Positions 12,566-27,787 of a stretch of DNA of 64,000 nt are shown here, piece after piece; position 1 is the stretch's first letter; each line of letters starts with the position of its first letter. The translations under genes and the position numbers were made by a program. This stretch comes from Chrysomallon squamiferum. Taxonomy: Eukaryota > Animalia > Mollusca. The stretch spans positions 40,796,001 to 40,860,000 of the forward strand of contig CM022665.1 of NCBI GenBank assembly GCA_012295275.1, given 5' to 3'. The notes under the pieces were generated by a model. That model did no database searches. It saw only the letters and a list, made by a program, of their open reading frames with translations, and was not told the origin of the DNA.

Positions 12566-14161
12566 GGGTTTTTTGTTGTGTGTTTTTCATTACAAAGAAA
12601 CTTACTAACAGTTTTAACCAACATAATGATTATGTCAGCCTTTTCTGAAATCATGGTACAGGCCGGGCAAATTTAGGCTGTGCTTTAATTTCGATAAGAT
12701 AATCAGGTAGTTAAATTTATAGGTAGTCATTGTACATCAGTGGTTTTTTTTTTAAACATGAATTTAAACCTGGATAAGTTTATACATTGCAGAGTCGCGA
12801 AGATATATCATGGTATTTAATATATCATTTCTGCTATATCCAGTTTCTATAAAAGTCTCTTTTATCAAAAGGTTTTGTAAATATATTTCAAGGTGTGGGC
12901 GGGTTAATATCAAAATGTTCTTTTTCTGCTAATCGATTGAAGTTGCCGATCGAAAAACAGCACCAGTTTTATCATCTCTCTTATTATCATTATTTAAATA
13001 CCACATATCTTATAAATGTTCAGGTTTCATTAAAAACCCATTAATTCATTTTTACGTTATTTTATCTTCCCAACAACTGATTACGTGCTACCCCGAACAA
13101 GTTTAATTCAAAATTCAGTCTAGACATAAGACCAGAACAAATATTCTTCACATTTTTATCCATTGCACATTTCCTGCGACTGAATGCCTAAAAAAAAAAA
13201 TAAAGAAAGCAAAAAAAAATAAAATAAAATGGAGGTTCAAAATGTTACAAGGTTTCCTAGCTGCATTTTATCTTGACAATAACTGGTGTTTGTGCTGCCT
13301 CAGTTAAAGTCTCGGTACAACAATCAGTCAAATTCTGCTTTTAATTTGTCTCTTCTTAACTACCACGGTCGTCTGGTGGCCCTTTGAGAGGTTCTGCCGG
13401 GCGAGTGGTGACTGTTTGGATCTATACAGCCAGCCTCAGGGATCAGCAATCTGCGCTGTCAAGCTATAATGGATGCATAATGGCGGATTCGCGCACCCCA
13501 CTGTTAACTGAGAGTTTGTATCGACGAAACCAAAGACGTACAGCAAGACCCGTTTCTTTGATCAAAGGCGGTGAATGTATTCCATGCTGTTAGCTTTTAT
13601 ATATGTATTTATGTAGCAAAATGGCGTGTACCTCTGCAGGTTAAAATGTTTATCCTTTAGTAAATGCGTTTTAATAGAAATCGTCGGTTTCGTGTATTTT
13701 TCTTTCTGTTGCTCTTTAATGGTGAAAAAATTGCGAGGATACAACTGTGTTGATTGAAGAAAGGAATGAAGATAAACTGTCTTGACCTCAAGGTCGGAAT
13801 GTTTTGTAGGTATTGTGCCCAGACTTTTAAAAAGGCATAAATGCCTATGGAACTGAATGGAAATGTTTAAAAGTACGATCATTGCTCTTAGAAATACTGG
13901 ATAAAGAGTTGGCCTATGTCATCCTCGAAGGTATATATCGGTGAAGTCATATTCGCAGTTATAGTGATCACATAATGAAACAGAATTCTACTAAGCAATA
14001 CCGGATTTAGGCTTAAGTTAAAAAAAAAAGCTTAGGGCATCACATTCCACAGGGCCTCAAAAAAGAAGAAGAAGAAAAGTATAACATAGAAGAAAATATT
14101 TTTACAAATAAAGAATATATATTTTTAACAAAGGATCTCTAAGTTTTACAAGGTCCATTTT

Positions 14162-14201
<40 letters not shown>

Positions 14202-14602
14202 AAAGGAAAATTAATGACATTAATTTCGATATTTCGAATCCGTATTCTTAACTACATTATCTTTAAGTACTATATAGAATTTTCTACTATAAAAGCTATA
14301 AAATTGTTATAAACATCTTGTTGGACCTGATCAAATTTTGACACCTATTAAAATACATCTAAAAATTACAATTAACGGACCTCTTAAAGTCGATGCACGC
14401 TCCTTTCGGCAAAATAATATATGAAAACAACAAAAATTCTTTGACTTTTTTCTCTTTTTTTTCTCTATTATTCTTATTTTTATTTTTATTTTTTACTTTT
14501 ATATATATATATATATATTGTTATTGTTGTTTTATAACATTAGCCTCGAATTAGGAATTTGTTACATTTAAACTCATTGTAGAGAATTAATATTCCTGTT
14601 AT

Positions 14603-14646
<44 letters not shown>

Positions 14647-15030
14647 CCCCCCCCACTTAGCGCACACGTGAAAAGATCAACACGAAGAGCAAACAAACAT
14701 GGCGGCAGCTATGGCAGACGACAGTTGATTGTTGGTGAAGAACAGCGTGTCAAACCACAGGTGGATCCCACCCTCAGTTTTAGCGGACTCAACAAACGTT
14801 ATTCACAGCACACCTCAAACATGGCTCTTTCAATACACCCGCCTCATCACGTGTTTACAATGGAACCTCCCGAATCTCTGTTTTGTCTACAAGCAGACGA
14901 GACATGTGGATTTTGGCTTTCGGCAAACAGGAGCACGTTTTGTCCTTTTTTCTGTGTGAAATTAACAAAGAACAACTGAAGGTTAACAATTTAATGTAGT
15001 AGACAGCTTAACAAATTATCCACAATGTTT

Positions 15031-15132
<102 letters not shown>

Positions 15133-15326
15133 TAATAATGAAATAAAGCACTGGTAAACTTGCTGTCCAAATATGTTTTTGTAAATTCACTTCATGTTTT
15201 AACATTTTTACAGTTCTAAACAGAAATGGCGTTATGGTTATCTAGAACGTACGTACTTATATACGTATGTAATATATGTATGCCATGCAGGTTATGTATG
15301 ATATGTATGTAATGTATTAATGTTTG

Positions 15327-15360
<34 letters not shown>

Positions 15361-16381
15361 TGTATGTGTGTGTATATATGTATGTATGTATGTATGTATG
15401 TTTGTATGTGTGTGTATATGTATTTTTGTACGTAAGAATGTATGTATGGTAAGAATGTAACTGTGTATATATATATTTGTACAAGACAACCTCTCTGCTT
15501 ACTCACTGTACAAAGTGAGTGACAGCTCGCAGCGCTTCAATATTTCGTTTATAAAGCAGATGTCAGAACAGGTGAGTTTGCGTAAAAGAAAATACTTGTA
15601 TTAGTTTAGACAAGATTTCCTCCCTGATTGAACTAGACAAATATTAAGTCATTTCGTTAAAAGTTCAAATGCCTAAGAAAACAATTTTCTGGGCTAACAT
15701 TTCCGAAAGACCAAATGTATATGGATAAGTTTTGTTTGCCTAACGTATTGTGTGTCGTTTGCTTATTTGTGGAGCAAAAACGAAGAAAACACAAGTTACT
15801 CAAATTTGATTTAATATTGTCGCTTATCTGCAAGTACCATCGCGTTTTAGCAAGATAAACTAAGATTGGGAGATTGTGTTACCTCAGGAATAAATAAGCT
15901 TTGGACTTCTTTTTTTTTTTTATTCTGTGGTTGTTTGTACTGTTTCATTTGGAAGTTGTTTTTATTTTTCAATTTTTTATTTATTATCTTATTTATTTAT
16001 TCTTCTTCATTTTTAATTTTTTAATTTTTTAAATGACATATTAATGCACACGATATAGATTTGTATTTTAGTACAAACGTTCTGACCTTCAGTTGGCACC
16101 CATTTGCAATTATCAAGACCGTAAATGTTCAAGATTTAAAATTAATTGTCTGTTTTTAATCTTCATTACCGAATATTGACATTTTTATACCTGAAATAAA
16201 CTTTTTCATTTATTGCTGGAGGAAACGAATAAACTTTTTTTTTTTCCCTGGGTGCTGTTTAAAATGCATTTTATTATTGTTTGAGTTAATATTAGAAAGT
16301 TCAGTGTTGCTAAAAGCTGCGGTTTTAACCAACATTTCACAAAATGTGCAATTAATTTACCTCGGTTTCTGCAAGTATGAG

Positions 16382-16417
<36 letters not shown>

Positions 16418-16739
16418 CCAAAAATGCCAGATAAGCTGATGATCTGTAAAATTGCTGCAAATATTTAGTTGTCGTAATGCTGATTAGCTCAAATCGATAG
16501 AAAAAGTATGGAAAGAGTTTCGTGTATATTTCTAAGTGTATAAAGTCGAGTAGTCCAACAAATGTTAAATTAAATTTAATTAAATTAACAAACTTTTTTT
16601 TTTCATTTAACAATTTTCTTATTTGGTTCTCGATTATAAACACATGGGATAAAGTTATGAACCATACAGGGAATACACGTTGTAAATGGTCAAAATATTA
16701 TTGTTATCGTACAAAAATCATTTCAGTAGTATCAGATTT

Positions 16740-17300
16740 GTAATGACCTTCTCAATCGGTTCAGCAAATGATCACAATGGCGGCCGAAGAGCCACAGGCG
16801 ATGGAGACTGGTAGCTTTTGGAAATATGTCGGACATTCACAACACATTGAAACATGTTGCAAGTACCACCTGTTTTTAATACACAACTCCGTGGGGTCTG
16901 CATCCTTTCCGAAGCGAGGAAACAATATTTACTTGTTCCACTTTGATGGCCACCATTAGCAATGCATTCATTGCTCGGTGAGTCAAACAAACGATAGTGT
17001 ATGAAAAGCCAATAACTTGTCGTCTGCCGAGCAGGAATCTTTCGCGCGAAAAGTTCATTTTCCTTTCGCATGGCACAACCTTTCAAGCATGTTGGTTTTA
17101 TTCATACCACATTTAATATATCATAAGCAAAACTGTATAGCAAATAAGCAAGATACTGTAAAAACAAACAAGAAGCCGGCTTTGCCTCGCCGTAGTCACG
17201 TGCGTGCCGTGCCAGACTTTGCACGTGCTGTGACTTTTTACCATATAGCAGAAAAACATTCCAGAACTGCTCAAGACATTTGCAGAAAATAAACATTCCT
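16740..17300. promoter_or_regulatory. CpG-retaining promoter/enhancer-like element
   Basis: YY1 ACAATGGCGGC 16774-16784; palindromic E2F-type TTTCGCGCGAAA 17040-17051; E-boxes GTCACGTG ~17195 and GCACGTGC 17221. Confidence 0.5.
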
Positions 17301-18443
17301 GAAGAGTTTGGTGTAGTTTAAATGTTGCATATATTTCACATGCACAATTTCCCCTGCCATTTAAACATCAATCAGGCTGGTTTCTCGTTTGACAGATTTA
17401 TTATAACCATATAGAAATACGCGGGATTTTTTTCCCTTCTCTTTAAATTTTAAGTAACCATGCAGATCAGGACGATTTACACACATTTCAAACTAACACT
17501 TAGGAGACTTGTAAATTCTCTGAATTTAAACCGTTTTTGTTCAGTAACATATTAAAACAATTTCAATAATCTGACAAATGAAGAAAAGTTTAAAACACGT
17601 TTTATCTATTGTTCAAATACCTCACCCATTCAGAAGTAACGGAATATTTATATATATTTTAGGATTTATTGTTATCCAAGACAGAAGTAAATGGTCACAT
17701 AAGTTAATCTGGGATAAACAATAGATGGACAGAGGATAAATTGTTTAATGGTCTTATCTATATTAATGTTATTTTTTCAATTCAGAGCAAACAATTCTTA
17801 AATATGATGTTTAATCTTTAGGCTAAATGTACCAAAGTAACTTATTTCCACAAAAAGAACATTTTTCCTAATGAAAATGGCCATAATTATCTTAAATAAA
17901 AACAGGTAACTTTTACTTTTAGAAGAATTGTTCGAGAACGTATACTGTGCATCCTGTTTAATTTTGACAGAGATCTGTTCATTGTAGTTACTTATATCTG
18001 GAGTTTTTAAACAGTTTAACATGCTGAACTCTGGAATCTGATGTAAAGCATTTTTTCATCTGTTTTGAACACATCACAACAGGATTTTTGCTATCTGCAC
18101 AACACATTTTCTTTTGATCTATAAACTATCTTATATCTTGACCATAACACTTTCAATATAATGGTCATTAACTTACATATAACTGGAATTTGTTATGTAT
18201 TAAGGTTTCATCTGTTTAACTGATACATATGTGTGTTTAGAGATCTGTATAAAATAATTTCATATCACCATGAGTAAAATCCTCATTTCGATGAAGATGG
18301 TTTGCTTTTTATGTGATCTGATGAAAAAACGTTTAGTAGACATTTCAGTGTGACTTCATTCTTGTATGTTTATATTTATGCTTTTTTGAATGATTCTTCT
18401 AAGGGAGTACTTGTAAACAAAACACATCACAACTACATCTAGC

Positions 18444-18496
<53 letters not shown>

Positions 18497-19094
18497 CTAT
18501 GATCAGTCAAGTGTTGTAGAAAATGGAAGGACCTTATTATGATTGTTATAGCTGTCAAGATATAATGAGTTTTATTACACTGAAAACAAAAAATATGTTG
18601 ACAAATTAAAGTATTTAATTTAAATTAACTAATACTTTTGTGTCTTTAATATACAGGTATATTCATAGATGGATAAGTGTGTGTGTGTGTGTGTGTGTGC
18701 AGTTATGAAAATGCATAATCAAAATCATTAATGTTCAAAGATGAATATAAAATCAGTGTTTTATAAACATTTATTATCAAATAATTGTACATTTGTTACA
18801 ATTTTCGTGCATACATATAAAATGTGTGAGTGTGTGTGTGTTTTAGGTTTTGAATATTCTCTGTCTTATGTATGTCTGATTAGTCTGCACACAGACAATA
18901 TTCAGGAACACACAGTCACAGGAGGACAAAGTCCAATCACGACCTCACAGCTTTCATCAGTTCTTGAGCTGTGTAAAATGAGGACATTGCTTTGTATTCA
19001 AAAAGTCATTTTTCACTACACATTTTATCTCAGTTCTGACTTCAACACACCCTGCACTATCAGTGTTTGTAATGAACAGATGTGCAGACATACA

Positions 19095-19680
19095 GACAAA
19101 TTAATTACTTTTGTACTGACTTCAGAGAAAGATACAGAGAGAAAGATCTATGGTTATATATATTCATAATAACATTTTTTTCAAGAAGAACTCATACAAC
19201 ATGCAGCCCTATATTACATATTTAACAAATAAATCAATTACTTTTGTAACAGTTTTATTTTTAAAATATGAACAGAATTATCTATGGTTATAAAAACATT
19301 CATACAGTTAACATTTTTGTTTATGTAACAACGGAAACTACAACTAGTCTAGTATAATGAATTTATTTCAATAATACAAATGCTAAGATCTCTAAAGATC
19401 TGGGTTTTTAACTACTGAAATAAAACATATGCTAATATAACATACACTTTACTGAATTTATTTCAATAACACAATCTGAAAGATCTGCGTATATAAATTT
19501 ACATACCATTAATATTTTGTTTTCAAGATTTCACAAAACATGTAGACAGTATATTTTACAAGAAAACTAATTACATGCATACTAAGTTCATTTCTGTTAG
19601 GTGGAAAGATCTATGGATATACATTTTCATAAACATTTTATTTTATAACAAATCACACAACATACACAGCCAATGTTATA
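19095..19680. repeat. Degenerate tandem repeat downstream of the F-box gene
   Basis: Recurrent AATTACTTTTGTA, (AG)ATCTATGG(T/A)TATA..CATA..AACATTTT and CACAACAT..CAG motifs at roughly 125-200 bp intervals. Confidence 0.6.
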
Positions 19681-21392
19681 CACATTAAGACTTGATTCAG
19701 CATATTTTGTCTTTGGTTAATCATGTTCTTACATATTATTTATTTTATATATATGTTTGGATATACATATTTAAACATCATATAATAAACAGTTACACAC
19801 ACACACACACACACACAAACAAGCATCAATACATGAACATATACATAAAGACACAAACACACACACAACTATTTAAAGATGATTTTAAAAACAATATCAC
19901 CTATTTTTAATGTTATTCAAGTATTATGATGGTTTATGGCAAGTTTTACGCATCTCTAGTGTTTCAGTGAAATAAAATAAATAATAAAACTCCTTAACAC
20001 TAAAAAACAGACCTAACAAAACCCTCATTTAAAATTCTAATCGGACAACTAAGATGTATTAATGAACATCATTATAATTTTGACTACATGAACACTCACT
20101 GCTAGGCCACACAAAAACAGGAATATCTGAGTAATAAATTATTCTTTTGCCCGACTAAATTTGTACTTGCATTTTGCCTCAGTTGTCGTAGTTGATAATT
20201 TTGTTTGTATAAGGATTAACATGTGAAATGTGTCAAGGCCTTGATATTCAATCTGAACATAGTTAATTAAAAAGTGTAAAAATACTGGGGATTGTTACTG
20301 AAAAATGTATGTGTAATAAGTATTACTCATACAGTGTATTATGTATTACAAAATCTACCTAAATTCATAAATAATTTATGTTTTTTTTTTTAACATTTCA
20401 AATTCTAAAATGTTAATGGAAATTATATATCTAAATATGAACTGATTGGTCTTAAAGTTATATTTAAATTAGTTTATAATAAATGTCATATCTTTTTTTT
20501 TTTTTTTTTTTTTTTTAACTCTAAACAAAATACTGTCAATTAATAGTATTTATTTAACTAAATATTAGTCTACTTACTATGCTATTTTAAAAATTTTAAC
20601 ACTGAAAAAAGAGTTATTACAAATCAATAAAAACAATTACTCTAAGCATCATCTGCTATCCTACACAAAAATGTTTTGTTGTTAGATTTAAAAAAAAAAA
20701 AAATGTTTAAGTACTGTGAATCAGTAATTATTATTGATCTTATTATCATCTGACATTCAGTTAAAAACTTTTTTTATACTTATTCTTTTTTTTTTAATGT
20801 TTAAACCAACAGTGTAAATTACTATATGCTCAAGTTTCATTCTGTATTTCTACACAAAATATTTTAATGTAAAAATATTCTTAATATTCAAAAAATACAT
20901 AAATATAATAAAACAAAAAAATTAAAATAATTTAAAATTAATTAATAAAAAGAAAATTAAAATATAAAATTTTCTATAATATATAATTTTTTTTAGTTAA
21001 CTAAAACAAATTAACTGTCAGAAATGAAACACCAACACAACAATATTAGTATACTAGAAAAACTCAACAGATAAAAAACAATAACAAAAAGTTAATAAAA
21101 CTAAATTAAGCCTACAACTGTTTTGTGATTTGGAAATCATCTAGAAACAAATATTTTTAGAAAGCTAAAACTAACTACATTGCATTAACCAACCCTTTTT
21201 TTAAACAATTTTTATTTTTTATTTTATTTATTTATTTTTTTAACTACTGTGATGATCCATTTAAACACAGTTTCTTGAACTATCAACTGGTAAAATCTAA
21301 TTCTCTGAACAGCATCATTTACTCAGATATTGATCCAGTTAAAATACATTTAAGTCTTTAGGGAGATGCCTCTGTGAAATCAGGAGGAATTT

Positions 21393-21521
21393 TCACCAGA
21401 AGCTAAGAATTGTAATGGTTCCTGGTTTCTCTGGAGAGGCAGTGATCAGTTTGGTGTCATTGACCCACATTATGTGAAGCAGAGTTGGATGGCGGTGTAA
21501 AACATGCATGATTTCACCTTT
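21393..21521 (-). CDS. F-box/WD40 terminal coding exon 11 (degenerate 8th WD repeat and stop)
   Basis: tttcag acceptor; KGEIMHVLHRHPTLLHIMWVNDTKLITASPEKPGTITILSFW-TGA; resembles the last FBXW7 blade (..SNTKLVCA..LLVLDF). Confidence 0.88.
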   Translation of the reverse strand, partial: KGEIMHVLHRHPTLLHIMWVNDTKLITASPEKPGTITILSFW

Positions 21522-23491
21522 CTGAAATAAAAGTAATAATAAATTTAAGAAAAATTTAAGGAAAAAAAAAAGGAAAAGATATCACAATACACTGAACAAA
21601 TATTAAACTATTTTTCAGCATAGTTTTTAGTCTGCATGTTATTTGCTTTTCAAGTATATGGCTTCTGCATAATAATGACACAAACACTTTCTCATACACA
21701 CACACTCAGACAAAATGTGTACATATAATTCATTAGAAGAAAACTAAAAAAAGAATATCTTTTAATAATTTATATTTATGCTATTGTCAATACATACACA
21801 AAATGTCAAACGTGTTAAATAAAAATTTCATTTACAGTTCTAAATATTAGGACCTATATTTGAAAACTTGGCCCAATATTCAAACACTCAAGCACACACA
21901 GAATAAAAATCAGATTAATAAAAATGATAAATGATAATTTGTAAGTTACACCTATTTCATTCTGAAATCCCATTATGTTTTTAATTAAAATTAATATTGG
22001 TTTTAAGACATAAAACAGAATAATTAAATAAGTGATTATATAAGGTAAATCCACCTTTTAAATATAAAAACAGAAATTGAATTAAAAATGTAATAAATAA
22101 ATTAAAAAAAAAAAAAAAATAAATAAATTAAATTAAATTAAATTAAAACCAATAATAATAAAAACCTCCTCCATCTAAAAACGGTAACTAAAAATCAAAA
22201 ACTAATACTTATACAGAAAATTATTACCATTTAAGAAAAAAAAAAAAAAAACACAAACAAAAAAATAAGAAGAAAATAATATTAATATAATAAATAAATA
22301 CTTAAACAACAATAAACAGAAATAAATTTTAATTATAAAAACCTTAAGTAAAAAATTAATCACTTTTGCTGCTTGTTCATAATACACAAAAAAAAAAAAA
22401 AAATTCAAACAACAGGTAAACAGTAAAAAAAAAATAAAAAATAAAAAAATAAAATTCACAGAAGATAAATTAGCTGACAAAAAAATAACACAAAGGGGAG
22501 TTCTAAAACTGAGCAACAACGCTGACAACACTGACATCGGCTCTGTGTTAGGCAACCTCACCATGTAGTCCCAGACGACAATTTTCTTTTGATCTCCTCC
22601 ACTGACCAGACGCTCTTCATTAATATGGAGACAGCGAACAACGCCAAGGTGCTCTTTCATAACATGTTTCTTGTCACCTGAAAAGAGTAGTTTTATTTTT
22701 TTTAATATTAAAAATGTTATCAAAATGAATTATTATCTTTTATGACATTTTTATGTAGGACAAAGGGAAAATAATAATAATGGAAAAATGTTTTTAAAAT
22801 GTATGTTTAAAAAAAATAAAAAATAAAAAAAATAAAGAAAATTAAATTGATTATATGTGTACAACGTCCTTTCATATATTTAAAAAAAAAAAAAAAAAAA
22901 AAAAAATAGAAGAATGAGAAAAAAAGATTAAAAAGAGAAATAATGAAAAATAATGTTTTTAAATTTAAAAATAAAAATTATTAAGATTAAAATTTCTTTT
23001 ATGTAAGCAAAATAAAAAATAATAAAAATGTGTTCTTTATTAAATATTTTTATTATTGTTATTTTTTTCTCTCAAAATTAATAATTATAGAAAAATAATG
23101 AAAAAATAAAAGAAATTAAAAAACAATAATTTCACTTATTAAAATGAACAGCAATAATGTTCTTTATTAATATGACATTTAAAGAATAACCAAAATAAAT
23201 TACAATATCTTATAATGAGGTTTACAAACTTTAAATATATAAATAAAATTTTTAAAAAATAATAATTTTAAAAATATATTAATTCCTATAAATTTGTTTA
23301 AATCTAAATGGAAATTTATCACTATTGTAATTAAAAAAATAAAGCAGTACATTATCTGTATATGAATTGTAAACAATATGTAAAAAAGAAAAAAGCATAA
23401 AAAAGGAAATAATTTAAAAAATAATCACTACTGAAATTAATTAGTTATTTAATTAGTGTAATTGGTTTTTCGTTTTTTATTATTAATTAAA

Positions 23492-23544
<53 letters not shown>

Positions 23545-23760
23545 TAGAAAAAATACGAACCTTATTATTTTTAGTCCATATGGAACCCATATAAGATAAT
23601 ATTTTTTTATAATGATTAATTTTTAATGACCATCATGAAATATATATATTATTTTATAAACCATAATGTTAGCAATCAATTTTTTTATGCTTGAGTATTT
23701 GCTATAGCTTTGTAAAATATCCTGAATGAAATACTTTTCTTTCTTCTGAAAGATGTAAAA

Positions 23761-23796
<36 letters not shown>

Positions 23797-24914
23797 AACG
23801 AGGCAGCAGATGATTGTCATGAATGGACAGAGAAAAAAAAGACAACAACTACTGGTCCACATAAACAAAATATTTTGTTAAAAAATAAAGAAAAAATATT
23901 GATTATTAATGATGAAAAAATGGTTGTATTTAACAACACTCATAAGTATCACTTTTCAACTGAAATGCTCCTTTTCCTCTTAAAAAAAACTTATCATGGA
24001 AACAGGAATGAATCTTCAAATAAGAGACCAAATTTGATGCATGATTATTCAAAAAAATCAACAACAGATAATTAAATGCAAAATTTAGCTGTTACTAGAA
24101 ATAATATTTATCTACACCAAAAAGTCCAAATTTATCAATGATTTATTTCACTGCTATAAAATTCACTACAAAATTGTAACCATTCAGACATGCCCATATA
24201 CACCAATTTTTCACTGTTACTAAAACAATGTTAAGTCTGTATTTACTAGTGTTTTTACTCTTTTCAGAAACATAATCTTAATTCTGTGGACATGCCAGAG
24301 ATAGAAACAACTTCACATATTTGGTTAGTAACCCACACCTTTGTTGTTATCTGACCAGCAGGAGGTCCACAGGAAGACCATTCTTGTGTTTCAGTGGTCT
24401 GCTAGGCAACATGGCTGGACAGCTGACCATCACATTTGACCTTCATTTACCAGCCTCAAGCTTATGAAACTTCAAAGACTTCAACCTCACAATTAAAGTC
24501 CCCCTTTACAGAAATATGATAAACAGGGAGTAGTATTACCATGACAACAAGAAAAATTTAAAATCTTTAAGATTTCTGGCTTTTAATTTTGTGAAACTCA
24601 CTTGTGGTCATGTGATTAGAATTTCCCACTTCCCATTCCAGCCAGAACTCCAGCATAAAATCAAATACTGTGGTATGTACTTTCTTATCAAAAGCTGTCT
24701 GTAAATTTAAGAATCTTAGTCTAGACTATGCCACATGACTGTATAATCAGAAGTAATAAAATATATGTTCTTTTTGTCATACAGGATGATATGTTTATAA
24801 AAGAACCCTTACTTGTAATCAGTGGGGATAGTAATATAAAAAAAAAAGGACCAGCTGATTGCCTTTTTCACATCACCATTTTTTTTCAAAAAATTGTAAC
24901 AATGATGTTTGGTA

Positions 24915-24950
<36 letters not shown>

Positions 24951-26285
24951 TCAAATATGGTAATAATAATAATAATAATCATAATAATATTAAATATGGT
25001 AATAATAACAGTAATAATAACAGAAAGAGTAATAATAATAATAACAGTAATATGAGAAATAATAACAGAGTAACAGAAAAAAAAAAAAATAATAACAATA
25101 CTCTTTCATTGGCATCTAACTCACTTTCAATTTCTACCAAACAGAAGCAGTAGACCCTGCAGTAATAAATCTCAGAGATCAAAAATAGACAATGCATGAT
25201 GTAAGACATTCTGAAAGCTCTGTTCAGTATGAATAAAACATGATATGATCATCAACATTTAATCATAAAGTCTAGACTGAAACAAAATACAACCAACAAT
25301 AGTCCTAATGAATTGCAGACCAGAATTAAGATACTGTACAGGAAGGTCAGGAGACAACCCTTGCTGTCTTCTAGCAAAACTGTTAAATAATTCACATCAC
25401 AATTTCATCACATATAATAATTATACTGAGACAGTAATAAGCAAACATATTGAATTTCTGAAAAGGTGGTGTTAGCCTGTTCTGTATTATGTCTGTTTAT
25501 TATAGCTGCTGTGAATTAACAATGATATATATGATATAAATTGGAAAAGATAGGATTATTGTTAATGAAAACAAAAGCAAAGTAATTTTTGTTATGAAGT
25601 TGAAAGACCATTGTAATTGAGTTTGATAAAAAAAAAATATATATTTAAAAAATGGATAAAAATAAAATAAATAAATAAATACATAAGTCAAGGAAAGAAA
25701 GAAAGAAAAAAAGAGAGAAATAAATAAAACCATTAAATAAAGTAAAAATAATTCTTAAAAAAATACTACTAATAAAATTAAACAGATTTTTTATTTTATT
25801 TTATTTCATTTTTTGACTCTTAATTCTTTGCCCTGTAGGAAATGTTTTTAGAAACATGAAAATTCAGAAGATTTATCCTGATGAAGGGATTAACCCAACC
25901 CTGGCCCCTGCATTCATTGTAACATGCTGGCAGCATATCTAATTGATGAAGTGCTATTCTCCAATTTCATCTGGTGAGCGTGTCACTAAGTGACAATTAT
26001 TGAGTGCCAACGCAGCCCCAACTGATTAGATTGTGAGGCTGTTATTTAATAAATCAAACAAGTACCAATGTCAATTTTAACCTCAGTGTGTGTGTGTGTG
26101 TGTGTGTGTTTTGAGAATTTTGTATTAACTGTATGTATAGACCTACAAGTATCTTTATGTGTATACGTTTGTATTGGTGTGTTTGAGAGATTGTTTGAAT
26201 TTATGAGTGTAAGTGCTTCAGTAGTGCATATTTTTTTAATCTATACAAGTGTCTTTGTGTGTATGTTTGTAAACGTGGATTTTTG

Positions 26286-26371
<86 letters not shown>

Positions 26372-27518
26372 CACTCCAGTAATGTGTACTTTTTGTAGGT
26401 TTACAAATATCTTTATAATCATGAATATTTTAGGTGCAGGAATATGTACGTGTGTATGGGTGTGTCTGTGAGTTATATTTTCTATGAATATAAGTGTGTG
26501 TATGCTTGAGTACTATGCATTTTCTGTATGTATAAAAATGTCTTTATTTGTACATTTGTAGGTGTCCAAGTGTGTATGTGTGTCTGTGTTTTTATGTTAA
26601 TGAAAGCATGAAACAATGTAATATATAAAGTGTAGTGTTGTCTGTTTATATATTTATTTGTCTACATGTGTATTTATTTAAGGGACTATGTTTATGCTGC
26701 TAATAGATTTATCAATTTTATCAAAATATGGTATGTGCAACCCTGTCAATGGCAAAGTGTGTGTAATAATAATAATGTAAATACATAACTGATTTTCTCT
26801 GACAAAATGCAAAAAGCTTAATTTTCCAATAACTGATTATAATAAAATTAATCAATGTGCTCTAACAATGTTATTAAACAAAACAAACTTTATTACAACT
26901 TCAACAAACATTCATTCTAGCTAAATATACAGTCAGCATGTTCCGTATGACAGACTCTGATTTCAATAACTTTGTCAAATTACACACGCTAATATTTTCT
27001 CACGATCCAATAACGAGCAACAACGAAAAAAAAAAAAATCCCTACACAATCTCCAACAAGAATGATGATGTCATCGTAAAACCAATAATAAAAATGATGA
27101 GCAACTAGTCCCGGCAGCAAAATGACAGGCCAGCTTGAAATAGAATTAAATCCTTTTCCATTGACTGCACATCATCAAACACATATTTAGACATCTCTAC
27201 TGCAGCCAGTAATTTAATTTCGCCGAGTTCATATTCTCTTAAAAGTAACAGGCACTTAGGAAGTCGACATTGAAAAATTTTCTGCATCGACATGTTTCGA
27301 CACATTATAATTAACCTCGTGGCTGCATGACGCTTCCAGAGCAGAAGTAATTGAAATCAGTGACCCGTGACTAGTTTATCAGTATTTTTAGTGCGGGACT
27401 GATGATACGTAACAAACTCAAACAATGGCTGCCGATGTGAGCACAGACCTAGCGGCAACATTTTGGGGTTGTATTTTTTTTGTTGTTTTTTGGGGTCCTT
27501 TTTGAATTTTTAATTTAG

Positions 27519-27572
<54 letters not shown>

Positions 27573-27747
27573 TTAACTCTTTTTTTTTTTTCACCAGAGA
27601 TAAAATACTGCCAAGTGGCCCATTGAAGCAAATAATTTGAAGTTATTAGTGAACAGGGTAATAAAACTTTCATGAGTGATTTGGATGATGTGGCCCATGA
27701 CATTTCATACAGAATTATGATGTTCTCACTGTCATTATCAAGAGATA

Positions 27748-27787
<40 letters not shown>

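Noticed and set aside
16777-16810. MAAEEPQ resembles the human OTUB1 N-terminus
   Set aside because: Short match to a non-conserved region, and no OTU-domain exons were found downstream.
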